Positions 27,231 to 36,809 are shown, numbered from the stretch's first letter. The stretch: DNA of 64,000 bases from Treponema sp. (GCA_016286365.1 JAEESN010000008.1:24319-88318), one strand, 5' to 3'. Numbers and translations: made by a program. Notes: a model not told the origin generated them from the sequence alone.

Positions 27231-28502
27231 TTAAGCTGTAATTTCTTTTGTTGAATCTGTGCTTATAAGACTTCTGATATCCTTTTTCTTTTTAAGCACG
27301 ACATCTTTTGTAACAGTAAAGGATTTTTTTCCTTCGATATTCGGGATTTCGAACATAACATCCATGAGCATTTTTTCTACGATTGTTCTTAATCCACGAG
27401 CACCTGTTTTCTGTCTTATAGCTTCGCTGGCAATTTCTTCTATTGCTTCTTTTTCAAAGATAAGATTTGCTTCGTCAATTGCGAATGAAGCCTGGAACTG
27501 CTTTGTGATTGCGTTTTTAGGTTCTGTCAAGATTGAAACAAGATCATCTTTTGTGAGTTCCTTTAATGCAACAGTAATCGGCATACGTCCGATGAGTTCA
27601 GGGATAAGACCGAATTTAACAAGATCATCCGGAGTAACTTGATTCAAAAGATTCATTCTTTCTGTTTCCGAAAGCTGATCAAAGGTTGAGCCGAATCCCA
27701 TTGTGTGAGCCGCAGTTCTTTCTTCGATTATCTTATCAAGGCCCACAAAGGCTCCGCCTAAGATAAAGAGGATATTTGTTGTATCAATCTGGAGCATTTC
27801 CTGATTAGGATGTTTTCTTCCACCCTGAGGAGGTACGCTTGCTACAGTTCCTTCGATAATCTTTAATAAAGCCTGCTGAACACCTTCACCGCTTACATCA
27901 CGTGTAATGGAAGTGTTTTCGCTCTTTCTTGAGATTTTATCTATTTCGTCAATAAAGATGATTCCTCTCTGAGCCGCTTCGATGTTTCCGTCTGCAGCAT
28001 TAATCAGTTTAAGAAGAACATTTTCTACATCTTCACCGACATATCCTGCTTCTGTGAGGGTAGTTGCATCTGCAATTGCAAAGGGGACCTTTAATTTCTG
28101 TGCAAGAGTTCTTGCCAAAAGGGTTTTTCCGCTTCCTGTAGGACCAATAAGAAGTACGTTTGATTTTTCGATTTTTACTGAATCATCCTGAAAGCCAGAT
28201 TCAAAGGCAGAAGACATTCGTTTGTAATGATTGTAAACAGCAACAGATAAAACTTTTTTAGCTTCATCCTGTCCGACAACATACTGATCAAGATATTCTT
28301 TAAATTCTTTTGGAGTCGGAACTTCGTCAAGTTCAATAGGTGTTAATTCTGCGGCCTGTAAATCAAGCTTATCCTGGCAGGCAGAAATACATCTGTCGCA
28401 GATAAAAGCCCCTGTAGGACTCTGGATAAGGCGTCTGTCACGATCGGCAGGTTTTCCACAGAAGAAACAGAAACAATCATTAGTACTAGAAAATCTTTTC
28501 AT
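27231..28502 (-). CDS. clpX: ATP-dependent Clp protease ATP-binding subunit ClpX
   Basis: N-terminal zinc module CFFCGK...ICDRC, Walker [21 protein letters not shown] Walker B. It lies downstream of clpP. Confidence 0.95.
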   Translation of the reverse strand: MKRFSSTNDCFCFFCGKPADRDRRLIQSPTGAFICDRCISACQDKLDLQAAELTPIELDEVPTPKEFKEYLDQYVVGQDEAKKVLSVAVYNHYKRMSSAFESGFQDDSVKIEKSNVLLIGPTGSGKTLLARTLAQKLKVPFAIADATTLTEAGYVGEDVENVLLKLINAADGNIEAAQRGIIFIDEIDKISRKSENTSITRDVSGEGVQQALLKIIEGTVASVPPQGGRKHPNQEMLQIDTTNILFILGGAFVGLDKIIEERTAAHTMGFGSTFDQLSETERMNLLNQVTPDDLVKFGLIPELIGRMPITVALKELTKDDLVSILTEPKNAITKQFQASFAIDEANLIFEKEAIEEIASEAIRQKTGARGLRTIVEKMLMDVMFEIPNIEGKKSFTVTKDVVLKKKKDIRSLISTDSTKEITA

Positions 28503-28514
28503 ACAAAATCCCTT

Positions 28515-29123
28515 TTAGTTGTGTTTTTTTCTTGAAGGCATAACGTGATCTACAATACCATATTCTTTAGCTTCTTCGCTCGACATAAAAAAGTCACGTT
28601 CAATGTCTTTAGATACCTGTTCAACAGATTTTTTAGTTTTTTCTGCAAGATATTCAATAGAAAGTTTTTTGAGTCTGATGATTTCTTTAGCAAGAATGGA
28701 AATATCGCTTTCCTGTCCTTCTACACCGCCTCTTGGCTGATGAATCATTACTCTTGAAGAAGGAAGGGCATATCTTTTTCCCGGAGTACCGCCTGCTAAA
28801 AGAATTGCAGCCATACTTGCAGCCTGACCCATACAGATTGTCTGAATATCGCACTTTACATACTGCATTGTGTCGTAAATAGCAAGCCCTGCAGTTACAG
28901 AACCACCCGGAGAATTGATATAGATGCTTATATCTTTTTCTGCATTTTCTGATTCAAGATACAAAATCTGAGCTACAGCTAAATCTGCAGAGGCATCGTT
29001 GATTTCTCCGTCGATAAAAATAATTCTGTCTTTTAAAAGGCGTGAAAAGAGGTCGTAACTTTTTTCACCGTTTCCAGTGCGTTCCCAGATATTAGGGACA
29101 ATATTATTCATCTGTTCGTTCAT
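28515..29123 (-). CDS. clpP: ATP-dependent Clp protease proteolytic subunit ClpP
   Basis: [14 protein letters not shown] (catalytic Ser) and RVMIHQP (catalytic His). It sits in the tig-clpP-clpX arrangement. Confidence 0.95.
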   Translation of the reverse strand: MNEQMNNIVPNIWERTGNGEKSYDLFSRLLKDRIIFIDGEINDASADLAVAQILYLESENAEKDISIYINSPGGSVTAGLAIYDTMQYVKCDIQTICMGQAASMAAILLAGGTPGKRYALPSSRVMIHQPRGGVEGQESDISILAKEIIRLKKLSIEYLAEKTKKSVEQVSKDIERDFFMSSEEAKEYGIVDHVMPSRKKHN

Positions 29124-29198
29124 AAGTAATCCTTTCTATAAATATAATGAATTTTTTCAAAAAAGCATAATGTTTTTTATAAAAAAACAGCAAAAAGT

Positions 29199-29234
29199 TA
29201 AAAAAAAACCGTATGGAATAATCACACGGTTTTT
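29199..29234 (-). terminator. Intrinsic terminator downstream of tig
   Basis: Minus strand AACCGT...ACGGTT stem followed by a T-run. Confidence 0.55.
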
Positions 29235-29252
29235 CTTAAAAAGGAAGATTTA

Positions 29253-30605
29253 TTATTTCTGTTCGAATAATTCTTTGAATGAAAGTTTATCGCCCTTAGA
29301 AACTTTTACTTCTTTATAGATGATGTCGTAGAGTTTGTTTTCTTTTACATCATCAATAAGATATGATTTAGAGCGTGCATCTTCATAATGCTTTTTAACT
29401 TCATCTACAGACATTCCGCCTTCTTCTGCAATCTTAGCATATTCAGCTTCGATTTCTTCAGGTGTAACAGTGATGTTCTTTTCGCGAATTAATGAATCTA
29501 CGATGATTCTTGATTTGAGCATTTTTTCACTGTCGCCAGTCCAGTCTTTGAGCATAGCTTCTTTTGTCTGACCAGATGCAGTAATCATTTTTTCGAGCTG
29601 TTCAGGGCTTGTCTGGAACTGCTGAGCCATCATATCCCATCTGCTGTTGAGTTCGGCCTGGAGCATAGATGCAGGAATATCAAACTGATTTTTTTCTACA
29701 AGCTGAGTAAGAAGTGAGTTATTCTTAAGCTCTTTGATTTTTCTGTTTTTAGCAGTTTCGAGGTTCTTTGTAAGATCTGCCTTTAAGTCTGCAAGTGTCT
29801 TATATTTGTCGCTTACATCCTGAGCAAAATCATCATCTAATGCTGGAATGTCGCGGAGTTTTACGGCAGTAACTTTTACGCTGATTTTCTTTGTCTTTCC
29901 GGCAAGTTCTTTATCTGCATCATCTTTTGCATATTTTTTAGTGATTTCTTTTGTTTCACCTTTTTTCATGCCGATGATTTCGTCGTCGATTTTATAGATG
30001 TTTTCACCAGTTCCTACAGTAAATACAAAGTCCTGGCGTTTTGAATCGCTGATTTCTTTTCCATCGTCACCAATTTCGCAGTAATTGATTGTAACAATGC
30101 TGTCTTTTGCAACAACACCGTCTTTCTTTTCAACAACCATTGCATTTCTTTCCTGAAGACCTTTTAATTCTTCTTTGATATCTGCTTCAGAAATTGTTAC
30201 CTGTGGTTCTTTTACGTTAATTCCAGAGAAATCTTTTACAGATACTTTAGGGAATACGTCGTATGTTACAGAGAATGTTAAGTCTTTTGTAACGTCCATG
30301 TCCGGCATTTTTTCCATTACAGGCTGAGCGTATGGAAGAGGGCGGTTGTCGGTTTCTTTGTCAAAAATTTCGTTTAAAGAACTGTCGATTAATTCACCGA
30401 TTGTATCTGCTTTTAATGAATCACCATATTTTCTTTCCAATACATTTGCAGGTACGTGACCTTTTCTGAATCCCGGAATCTGTGCATTTTTTACGTATTT
30501 ATTAAGAGTTGATTTGTATGCACCTTCTACTTCGCTTTTTTCGATTGTAACAGTCAATTTAACAGCTGATTTCTCTAATTTTGTGAATTCTTTTGTAAGT
30601 TTCAA
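29253..30605 (-). CDS. tig: Trigger factor
   Basis: Ribosome-binding motif IPGFRKGHVP, FKBP-like middle domain, 450 aa. The start is TTG with AAGAGG upstream. Confidence 0.92.
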   Translation of the reverse strand: MKLTKEFTKLEKSAVKLTVTIEKSEVEGAYKSTLNKYVKNAQIPGFRKGHVPANVLERKYGDSLKADTIGELIDSSLNEIFDKETDNRPLPYAQPVMEKMPDMDVTKDLTFSVTYDVFPKVSVKDFSGINVKEPQVTISEADIKEELKGLQERNAMVVEKKDGVVAKDSIVTINYCEIGDDGKEISDSKRQDFVFTVGTGENIYKIDDEIIGMKKGETKEITKKYAKDDADKELAGKTKKISVKVTAVKLRDIPALDDDFAQDVSDKYKTLADLKADLTKNLETAKNRKIKELKNNSLLTQLVEKNQFDIPASMLQAELNSRWDMMAQQFQTSPEQLEKMITASGQTKEAMLKDWTGDSEKMLKSRIIVDSLIREKNITVTPEEIEAEYAKIAEEGGMSVDEVKKHYEDARSKSYLIDDVKENKLYDIIYKEVKVSKGDKLSFKELFEQK

Positions 30606-30627
30606 TTTGAACCTCTTATCTTATATT

Positions 30628-30660
30628 AAAAAAAGCGATTCAGATAATTCTGAATCGCTT
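30628..30660 (-). terminator. Intrinsic terminator after the tRNA cluster
   Basis: Minus strand AGCGATTCAGA-ATTA-TCTGAATCGCT (11-bp stem) followed by T7. Confidence 0.65.
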
Positions 30661-30671
30661 TTATATTTTAG

Positions 30672-30743
30672 AGCGGGAAACGGGAGTTGGACCCGCGACA
30701 TCCACCTTGGCAAGGTGGCGCTCTACCACTGAGCTATTCCCGC
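30672..30743 (-). tRNA. tRNA-Gly (anticodon GCC), copy 1
   Basis: Reverse complement GCGGGAATAGCTCAGTGGTAGAGCG-CCACC-TTGCCAA-GGTGG-...TTCCCGCT, 72 nt. Confidence 0.9.
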
Positions 30744-30786
30744 AAAATCTTTGCGTTTTCAGGTCTTTTTTTTATTTTTAAATACG

Positions 30787-30858
30787 AGCGGGAAACGGGA
30801 GTTGGACCCGCGACATCCACCTTGGCAAGGTGGCGCTCTACCACTGAGCTATTCCCGC
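30787..30858 (-). tRNA. tRNA-Gly (anticodon GCC), copy 2 (identical tandem duplicate, 115-bp period)
   Basis: Same 72-nt sequence as copy 1. Confidence 0.9.
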
Positions 30859-30874
30859 ATAAACGTTAGTACCT

Positions 30875-30954
30875 TGCGAGAGGAGGGACTTGAACCCTCA
30901 CGCCGAAGCACTAGATCCTAAGTCTAGCGTGTATGCCAATTTCACCACTCTCGC
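30875..30954 (-). tRNA. tRNA-Leu (anticodon TAG)
   Basis: Reverse complement GCGAGAGTGGTGAAATTGGC...CTAGA-CTTAGGA-TCTAG, then a variable arm, then GAGGGTTCAAGTCCCTCCTCTCGCA. Confidence 0.85.
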
Positions 30955-30968
30955 TAAACTTAAAAGTT

Positions 30969-31041
30969 TGAGCCATGCAAGGATCGAACTTGCGACCCAC
31001 AGATTAAGAGTCTGTTGCTCTACCAGCTGAGCTAATGGCCC
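30969..31041 (-). tRNA. tRNA-Lys (anticodon CTT)
   Basis: Reverse complement GGGCCATTAGCTCAGCTGGTAGAGCA-ACAGA-CTCTTAA-TCTGT-...GCAAGTTCGATCCTTGCATGGCTCA. Confidence 0.88.
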
Positions 31042-31156
31042 GTGTTAGTGAAACCACTGACAGTAAAGATAATATATCAAAAACAAGATTTTTTATCAAT
31101 ACCTTATGCATGGTTTTATTGCGACTGTGAGTAAATTATTTAAAAACGTGCTTATT

Positions 31157-31285
31157 AGGATTCGCCGCGACAGTCGCATACATCCTGTATGCTCCTTCTG
31201 CGGCGCCTGCGTTCGCTTCCGCTCGCATCCATGCTCGCTCTTCCTCCCTATTCGGTCGGCGCTCACTCCGTTTCGAATCCTCTCA
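31157..31285. other. GC-rich, strand-asymmetric ~130-bp island closed by an 8-bp inverted repeat (candidate small structured RNA or relic; function unknown)
   Basis: AGGATTCG (31157-31164) pairs with CGAATCCT (31274-31281). There is an internal GCATAC/GTATGC hairpin. The minus strand is strongly purine-rich. Neither overlapping track ORF has an RBS. Confidence 0.25.
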
Positions 31286-31304
31286 AAAAGATACACTTTA
31301 AAAC

Positions 31305-31342
31305 TAAAAAAGACGAATTAATTCCTTGAATTAATTCGTCTT
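31305..31342 (-). terminator. Strong intrinsic terminator downstream of tRNA-Arg
   Basis: 15-bp perfect stem AAGACGAATTAATTC / GAATTAATTCGTCTT with a 3-nt loop, followed by a T-run on the minus strand. Confidence 0.7.
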
Positions 31343-31352
31343 GGGTTACCGT

Positions 31353-31426
31353 TGCGTCTGAGAGGATTCGAACCTCCTACCACCGGATTCGAAGTCCGGT
31401 GCTCTATCCAGATGAGCTACAGGCGC
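31353..31426 (-). tRNA. tRNA-Arg (anticodon TCG)
   Basis: Reverse complement GCGCCTGTAGCTCATCTGGATAGAGCA-CCGGA-CTTCGAA-TCCGG-...GGAGGTTCGAATCCTCTCAGACGCA. Confidence 0.88.
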
Positions 31427-31466
31427 AAAAAAAACGGTGCAGGAAAAAAAACTTGCACCGTTTTTT
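31427..31466 (-). terminator. Hairpin with flanking A/T runs between tRNA-His and tRNA-Arg (terminator-like)
   Basis: ACGGTGCA / TGCACCGT stem with an A-run on one side and a T-run on the other. Confidence 0.45.
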
Positions 31467-31469
31467 AGG

Positions 31470-31542
31470 GGTGCCTAGTGGGGATCGAACCCACGACAAC
31501 CAGATCCACAATCTGGCGCTCTACCGCTGAACTATAGGCACC
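31470..31542 (-). tRNA. tRNA-His (anticodon GTG) with an encoded G(-1)
   Basis: Reverse complement GGTGCCTATAGTTCAGCGGTAGAGCG-CCAGA-TTGTGGA-TCTGG-...GTGGGTTCGATCCCCACTAGGCACC. Confidence 0.88.
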
Positions 31543-31723
31543 ATAGTTGTAACAAAATATATCAAAATCACAATTTATAGTCAAGGTGTATCAAAAAGAG
31601 CGAAAATCATTCTATATAATAACCAGAATCAACATATAAAAAGCCCTTAAAATCATTCTATAAATAATAAAAATCTCCCACTCAAAACCCAAAAAAAATC
31701 TTTAAAACGCATAAAAAAAAATC

Positions 31724-31750
31724 TAAAGTAAAATTTTCAGTCTCCGATAA
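31724..31750 (+). promoter_or_regulatory. Sigma28 (FliA)-type promoter of the flgN-like/flgK/flgL/fliW/csrA operon
   Basis: TAAA-N15-TCCGATAA, against the consensus TAAA-N15-GCCGATAA, about 42 nt upstream of ATG 31792. Confidence 0.7.
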
Positions 31751-31791
31751 TCAACTGAAATCCTGTAATTATTGCGGGAAGGAGATTGCAA

Positions 31792-32229
31792 ATGGAAAAA
31801 AATCTTACAGAATTTGAAAAGATCTTAGTAAAAGAAAACGATGTTCTTGATTCTCTTGTAGAAAAGCATTCTCAGATGAAAAAGGCTGTTATGGATAAAA
31901 ACTGGGAATCTTTAACAGACGTTGTTTCAAAAATCAATGTTCTTTACGAAAATTTCCAGGATATAGATACAGAAAGAGAAGTTTTGCAGGATATGATGAA
32001 AACTTCTGAACTTAAGCCATACCTCGAAAAAATCGGTCTTCTCCGCTCAAAATTACTTAAATGCAAGATTGAAAATCAGGCATTAAATAAATATGTAAAT
32101 ATTACACGCGAATTCCTTCAGGGAGTTATCGAAAATGCAATTCCTCAGAGTGGAAGCAAAGTGTATTCAAAAGAAGGAAAAATCATTCAGCCACAGCCAC
32201 AGAGCGTTGTTCTGAACATGAGTTTTTAA
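31792..32229 (+). CDS. FlgN-like flagellar export chaperone (assigned by position and size)
   Basis: Small helical protein directly upstream of flgK, the position occupied by flbF/flgN-like genes in spirochaetes. GGAAGGAGA lies upstream of ATG 31792. Confidence 0.45.
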   Translation: MEKNLTEFEKILVKENDVLDSLVEKHSQMKKAVMDKNWESLTDVVSKINVLYENFQDIDTEREVLQDMMKTSELKPYLEKIGLLRSKLLKCKIENQALNKYVNITREFLQGVIENAIPQSGSKVYSKEGKIIQPQPQSVVLNMSF

Positions 32230-32259
32230 TAATCGGATAATAATCAGGAGATATACAAA

Positions 32260-34134
32260 ATGGGATCAACATTTTCTGGAATAGAACTTGGTAAACGCAG
32301 CATAATGGCAAACACAGATGCCATCACAACTGCAGGTCACAATATTTCAAATGCAAATACAGAAGGATATTCTCGTCAAAGAGTTCAAATTAAAGAGTTT
32401 GACCCTTTGTATAAGCCGGATTTAAGCCGTCCGGAACGCCCGGGACAGATTGGTCAGGGTGTTGATGTAATGAGCATTGAACGAATCCGCGATGAACTTT
32501 TGGACAAAAGAATTGTTGCTCAGGCAAATCAGGAATCATACTGGGATACAAGAAGCAAGTACTACATGATGCTTGAACAGATTTATAACGAACCATACGA
32601 CGTTTCTATCAGATCTAATATGGATAAATTCTGGGAAAGCTGGCAGGAACTTTCAATGCATCCCGAAAGTCAGGCAGCAAGACAGGCAGTTGTAACACGC
32701 GGTGAAACATTAACAGATTCAATCAACGAAAGATGGGAAGCGCTCAGCGGAGTTGCAAACATCATAAACGGTGATATTGATGCTACAGTAAAACAGATTA
32801 ATGATCTTACTTCCCAGATTGCAGCATTAAACGGCGAAATTGTTCGTTCACGTGCAATGGGGGACAACCCTAACGATTTACTCGACAGAAGAGACTTACT
32901 CGTAGATAAACTTTCAGCCCTCATCGATATTTCAACAGACGACAGAGACCCTGATGAATTTATGATTCATACAGGTGGAGAAATCATCGTACAGGGTAGC
33001 GTAAGAAGAGGAATTGAACTTGTTCCTCGTTATGATGATACAGGCTACAACAAAGTAGTATGGTCTGATACAGGTGAGGATGCATTCTTCCGCGGTGGTA
33101 CACTTGGAGCTTTAATTGAACTTCGTGATGTAGATATCCGCCAGGAAATGCAGGACTTAAACGAAATGACTCTGAACTTTGCAGACCTTGTAAACGATGT
33201 TCACAGAAATGCAGTTGGTGCAAATAAAGTAACAGGTCTTGATTTCTTTGTTCAGCATTCATTCGTAGAAAATACAAACGGTAACTACGACAGAGACGGC
33301 GATGGTGAATTAGATACTTCATACATCTTCAGATTTACAGGTACAAACAAACTCGATTTACAGCAGCAGGTTGGTATTGAAGGAACAATCACTTTATCAG
33401 GTAAATCAGGAAACGTAGAAATTGCTTACTATCATACAGATACAGTAGAAACAGTAATTGCAAGAATCAACGACAGTCAGAGCGAAGTAAAAGCTTATCT
33501 TGACCGTGACAATCGTCTTGTATTAAAAGCAACAGCAAGCGAAAACATGGATAATCCTGATTTCGTAATCCGCCACGTTGAAGATTCAGGCTACTTCCTT
33601 GCAGGTTACTCCGGATTATTAAACGGAACTGGTCCCGAAAACGCATACGATTTTAATCAGGCAGATGCAGTTAATGCTTTAGTTCAGGGCACACAGTTTG
33701 CAGTTTCTCCGGTATATAATCCTTCTGCTTACATCAGTGTTAATACAGAAATCCAGAAGGATGTAATGAGTGTTGCAGCAGGTTACCGCGATGCTTCAGG
33801 TTCTGTTGCAGTAGGAGACGGTCGTGCCGCTGTAGAAATTGCTTCTATCAGAAATACTTCGATTATGGTAGGAAGTATGAAGACCTTTGATGATTATTTT
33901 GCAGATTCTGTAACAAAGGTCGGATTAAAAGGTCAGCAGGCAGAAACAAATCTTTTGAGCCAGAATGCAATTATGGATGATTTAAGAAATACAAGAGATT
34001 CAATCAGTGGTGTAAACATTGATGAAGAACTTGCAGAAATAATGAAGTTCCAGCACGGATACAATGCAGCAGCTAAGTTTATTACAGTCTGGGACAACTT
34101 AATCGATACAGTAATCAATAAACTTGGAGTATAA
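32260..34134 (+). CDS. flgK: Flagellar hook-associated protein 1 (FlgK)
   Basis: N-terminus MGSTFSGIELGKRSIMANTDAITTAGHNISNANTEGYSRQRV and a conserved C-terminal helix ...EELAEIMKFQHGYNAAAKFI. Confidence 0.92.
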   Translation: MGSTFSGIELGKRSIMANTDAITTAGHNISNANTEGYSRQRVQIKEFDPLYKPDLSRPERPGQIGQGVDVMSIERIRDELLDKRIVAQANQESYWDTRSKYYMMLEQIYNEPYDVSIRSNMDKFWESWQELSMHPESQAARQAVVTRGETLTDSINERWEALSGVANIINGDIDATVKQINDLTSQIAALNGEIVRSRAMGDNPNDLLDRRDLLVDKLSALIDISTDDRDPDEFMIHTGGEIIVQGSVRRGIELVPRYDDTGYNKVVWSDTGEDAFFRGGTLGALIELRDVDIRQEMQDLNEMTLNFADLVNDVHRNAVGANKVTGLDFFVQHSFVENTNGNYDRDGDGELDTSYIFRFTGTNKLDLQQQVGIEGTITLSGKSGNVEIAYYHTDTVETVIARINDSQSEVKAYLDRDNRLVLKATASENMDNPDFVIRHVEDSGYFLAGYSGLLNGTGPENAYDFNQADAVNALVQGTQFAVSPVYNPSAYISVNTEIQKDVMSVAAGYRDASGSVAVGDGRAAVEIASIRNTSIMVGSMKTFDDYFADSVTKVGLKGQQAETNLLSQNAIMDDLRNTRDSISGVNIDEELAEIMKFQHGYNAAAKFITVWDNLIDTVINKLGV

Positions 34135-34161
34135 GGATAAGTTCAAGGAGGATAGGCTATT

Positions 34162-35406
34162 ATGCAGAGAATCAGCAGTCAGATGAATAATACAAATACT
34201 CAGAAAAACCTGAGGATGCAGGAATCGAGGTTGAATAAGGTAAACAACCAGATTGGCTCACAGCAGAAGATTCAGCAGCTTCGTGATGATCCTCTTGCAG
34301 CAGGTCACCTTGTTCGCTACGAATCATATCTTGGAAGAGTAAATAATTTTGAGAAAAATGCACTTGCTCTTTCCGATCAGTTTACTCTCCGCGAAGGATA
34401 TATGACAGATTCTCTTGAAATCATGCAGAGAATCCGCGAGCTTGCAGTTACAGGTGCAAACGGAATCTACAACGAAGACGATTTACACAATATGGCAAGC
34501 GAAGTAGATGAACTTCTTAAACAGCTTATCCAGAATGCAAACGCAGTAAGCGCAGACGGAAACGCACTTTTTGCAGGAACAAATACAAAATCTACAGCTT
34601 TTGATGTAGAAATGGGAAATGTAGAAGGTTCGGGCGTTCCACTTATTCAGAATGTACGTTACAACGGAAATATTGATTCAAACCTCATCGAAGTTGATGA
34701 ACACAAATATCTTGTAAACGACAATGCCGGAAATAAAACATTCTGGGCCGAACACCAGCAGATTTTCAGCATGAGGGATGCTTCTGAATGGCATGCAACT
34801 CAAGACAGTGTTATCTTAATCGACGGAGTAGAAGTTGAAGTAACACGCGGCGACAATATCTATGCACTCGTAAGTAAGATTAATAACTCTGACGCAGCAG
34901 TTAAAGCTTCAATAGATCCTGTACGAAACAGCCTTAACCTTGCAACTACAGATGCACGCCAGCTCTGGCTTCAGGATAAAACAGGAACAACTTTATTCGA
35001 TCTTGGTGTAATTAAAGATTCAACACAACAGCCTCCATATAACTACAATGACAGCGTTCGTGTAGCAGGTGGTTCAATGTTTGATGCAGTAATCGCCTTC
35101 AGAAATGCCTTACTTCGCGGAGATCAGGAATCTATTGGTGGAAGAGTACTTGGTACAATCGATATGGGTATAGACAGCCTGAACGCAAGAATTGCTAAAT
35201 CCGGTTCTGAATATGAAAGAGCTCAGATTAATGCACAGAGAAGTTCAAAACTTGCCCTTGATGTTACAAACATGGTTGCAAGAGAAGGTGATGTAGACTT
35301 TACTGCCGCAGCAACAGATATGAAGCTTTTGGATTACACAAATCAGGCTACGCTCAGCAATGCCGGAAAAATGTATCATTCAACATTATTAAATTACATG
35401 AGATAA
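34162..35406 (+). CDS. flgL: Flagellar hook-associated protein 3 (FlgL)
   Basis: Flagellin-like N- and C-terminal helices (MQRISSQM..., ...NQATLSNAGKMYHSTLLNYMR). It follows flgK. Confidence 0.88.
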   Translation: MQRISSQMNNTNTQKNLRMQESRLNKVNNQIGSQQKIQQLRDDPLAAGHLVRYESYLGRVNNFEKNALALSDQFTLREGYMTDSLEIMQRIRELAVTGANGIYNEDDLHNMASEVDELLKQLIQNANAVSADGNALFAGTNTKSTAFDVEMGNVEGSGVPLIQNVRYNGNIDSNLIEVDEHKYLVNDNAGNKTFWAEHQQIFSMRDASEWHATQDSVILIDGVEVEVTRGDNIYALVSKINNSDAAVKASIDPVRNSLNLATTDARQLWLQDKTGTTLFDLGVIKDSTQQPPYNYNDSVRVAGGSMFDAVIAFRNALLRGDQESIGGRVLGTIDMGIDSLNARIAKSGSEYERAQINAQRSSKLALDVTNMVAREGDVDFTAAATDMKLLDYTNQATLSNAGKMYHSTLLNYMR

Positions 35407-35422
35407 TAAAGGATAAAGAACG

Positions 35423-35866
35423 ATGGAAATTATAACAAAAGCAAGTGGAATTAAAGAAGTTTCAGAAGATAAATTACTGACAATTCCGGAAGGATTATTT
35501 GGCTTTGAACAGTTTACAAAATACGCAATTGTAGAATCTGAATATGAACCATTTTTGTGGCTTCAGTCAATCGAAGATCCTAACCTTGCTTTTTTAATTG
35601 TAGATCCATTTTTAATCTGTGGTGATTATGAAACTGATATCGACGACGAAATGCTCAAAAAAATCGACATCACAAAACCCGAAGATATCATCATCATGAC
35701 TATTGTTACAGTTCCGGGCGATGGTTCTCCAATTACAGCTAATTTCCAGGGACCTTTAGTAATCAATAAATCAAATAAACAGTGTATGCAGGTTGTTCTT
35801 AACGATAACCGCTGGACAACAAAGGTAAACATCATCGATACACTGAATAAGAAAGGAGGACAGTAA
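35423..35866 (+). CDS. fliW: Flagellar assembly factor FliW
   Basis: FliW/DUF180 signature [16 protein letters not shown]...[21 protein letters not shown]. The stop overlaps the csrA start (TAATG). Confidence 0.9.
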   Translation: MEIITKASGIKEVSEDKLLTIPEGLFGFEQFTKYAIVESEYEPFLWLQSIEDPNLAFLIVDPFLICGDYETDIDDEMLKKIDITKPEDIIIMTIVTVPGDGSPITANFQGPLVINKSNKQCMQVVLNDNRWTTKVNIIDTLNKKGGQ

Positions 35867-36105
35867 TGTTAATCCTTTCAAGAAAGATTGATGAAAAAAT
35901 CAGAATCGGCGAAGACATCATCATAACTTTGATTGACGTACACGGAGATCAGGTTAAAATCGGTGTTGAAGCTCCAAAATCTGTAAAAGTTTTCCGCCAG
36001 GAAGTATTTGATGCAATCCAGATGGAAAATAAAGCAGCCCTTGTTAAAGAGACAGAAGATAAGAATGCAATCAGCGCATTGTCTAAGCTTTTAAAGAAAG
36101 ATTAG
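35866..36105 (+). CDS. csrA: Carbon storage regulator CsrA (translational repressor)
   Basis: [47 protein letters not shown] is a hallmark CsrA sequence. Confidence 0.95.
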   Translation: MLILSRKIDEKIRIGEDIIITLIDVHGDQVKIGVEAPKSVKVFRQEVFDAIQMENKAALVKETEDKNAISALSKLLKKD

Positions 36106-36113
36106 TTTGATGA

Positions 36114-36791
36114 TTAGTCTTTGGAATTCTGTTTGATTTCTGCTTCGCTCGCACGAAGATAAACAGGACCGTCAAAATCCTTTAATGGAGGAATGCTGGC
36201 GGTCTTATTTTTTTCTGCAATATCAAAAAGTGCTTCTGTAGTGATGATGTTTACAGCCGGCGAAAATAAATTTATTTTTTTATTCTGAGCCTTAATCAGT
36301 TCACAAAGTTTAATTCTGTCCGGCCCGCATACAATAAGATTTTTAATTTTCTTTACAGTTGAATAAATTTTTTCAAGTTCCCAGTCGCCGTCTTCTAAAA
36401 TTAATTTTTTCCCGTCTTTGAGTCTTGCATAAAACCTGTCTTTGTTTGCATCCAGGGCGCTTAAAACAGGTAAATCAAAATCTTTAAAACAGTATTCATA
36501 CATTTCGAGCGTAGAAATTCCGTAAACCGGAACATCGTATGCAAGTTCAATTGCTTTTACTGCAGAAATTGCAAGTCGTAATCCGGTAAAGCTTCCAGGT
36601 CCTATAGAAATTGCAGTGTAATCAAGATCAGAAGATTTTAAATCAACTTTTTCGAGTACATAATCAATTGCAGGCACAAGTGATTCAGACTGGCGCATAC
36701 CTATGTCGTAAATGCTTGTAAAAATTTTATCATCATTTTTTGCAGAAACCGTTAATCTTGAAATTGCTCCGTCAATGCTTAATGCCTTCAA
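36114..36791 (-). CDS. tsaB: tRNA t6A37 threonylcarbamoyltransferase complex dimerisation subunit TsaB (YeaZ)
   Basis: SIGPGSFTGLRLAISAVKAI motif, 225 aa, downstream of tsaE. Confidence 0.85.
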   Translation of the reverse strand: MKALSIDGAISRLTVSAKNDDKIFTSIYDIGMRQSESLVPAIDYVLEKVDLKSSDLDYTAISIGPGSFTGLRLAISAVKAIELAYDVPVYGISTLEMYEYCFKDFDLPVLSALDANKDRFYARLKDGKKLILEDGDWELEKIYSTVKKIKNLIVCGPDRIKLCELIKAQNKKINLFSPAVNIITTEALFDIAEKNKTASIPPLKDFDGPVYLRASEAEIKQNSKD

Positions 36792-36809
36792 TTTTTAAAT
36801 CTCCTGAAC

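Noticed and set aside
30672-30858. Exact 72-bp repeat with a 115-bp period, which could look like a repeat-spacer array
   Set aside because: There are only two copies, and each folds as a complete tRNA-Gly(GCC) cloverleaf. It is a tandem tRNA duplication, not a CRISPR array.
30514-30869. Two plus-strand track ORFs (72 and 60 aa) spanning the tRNA-Gly genes
   Set aside because: They are translations of tRNA sequence on the opposite strand. They have no RBS and are fully explained by the two tRNA-Gly genes.
31096-31321. Overlapping 66-aa (minus) and 71-aa (plus) ORFs in the GC-rich island, and the idea that the island is SRP (4.5S) RNA
   Set aside because: The ORFs have no Shine-Dalgarno, use Arg codons that look atypical for this window, and mirror each other. 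The SRP idea was dropped because the conserved helix-8 motif (…GGUCC-GGAA-GGAAGCAGC…) is absent. The only AGCA segment is committed to a different local hairpin.
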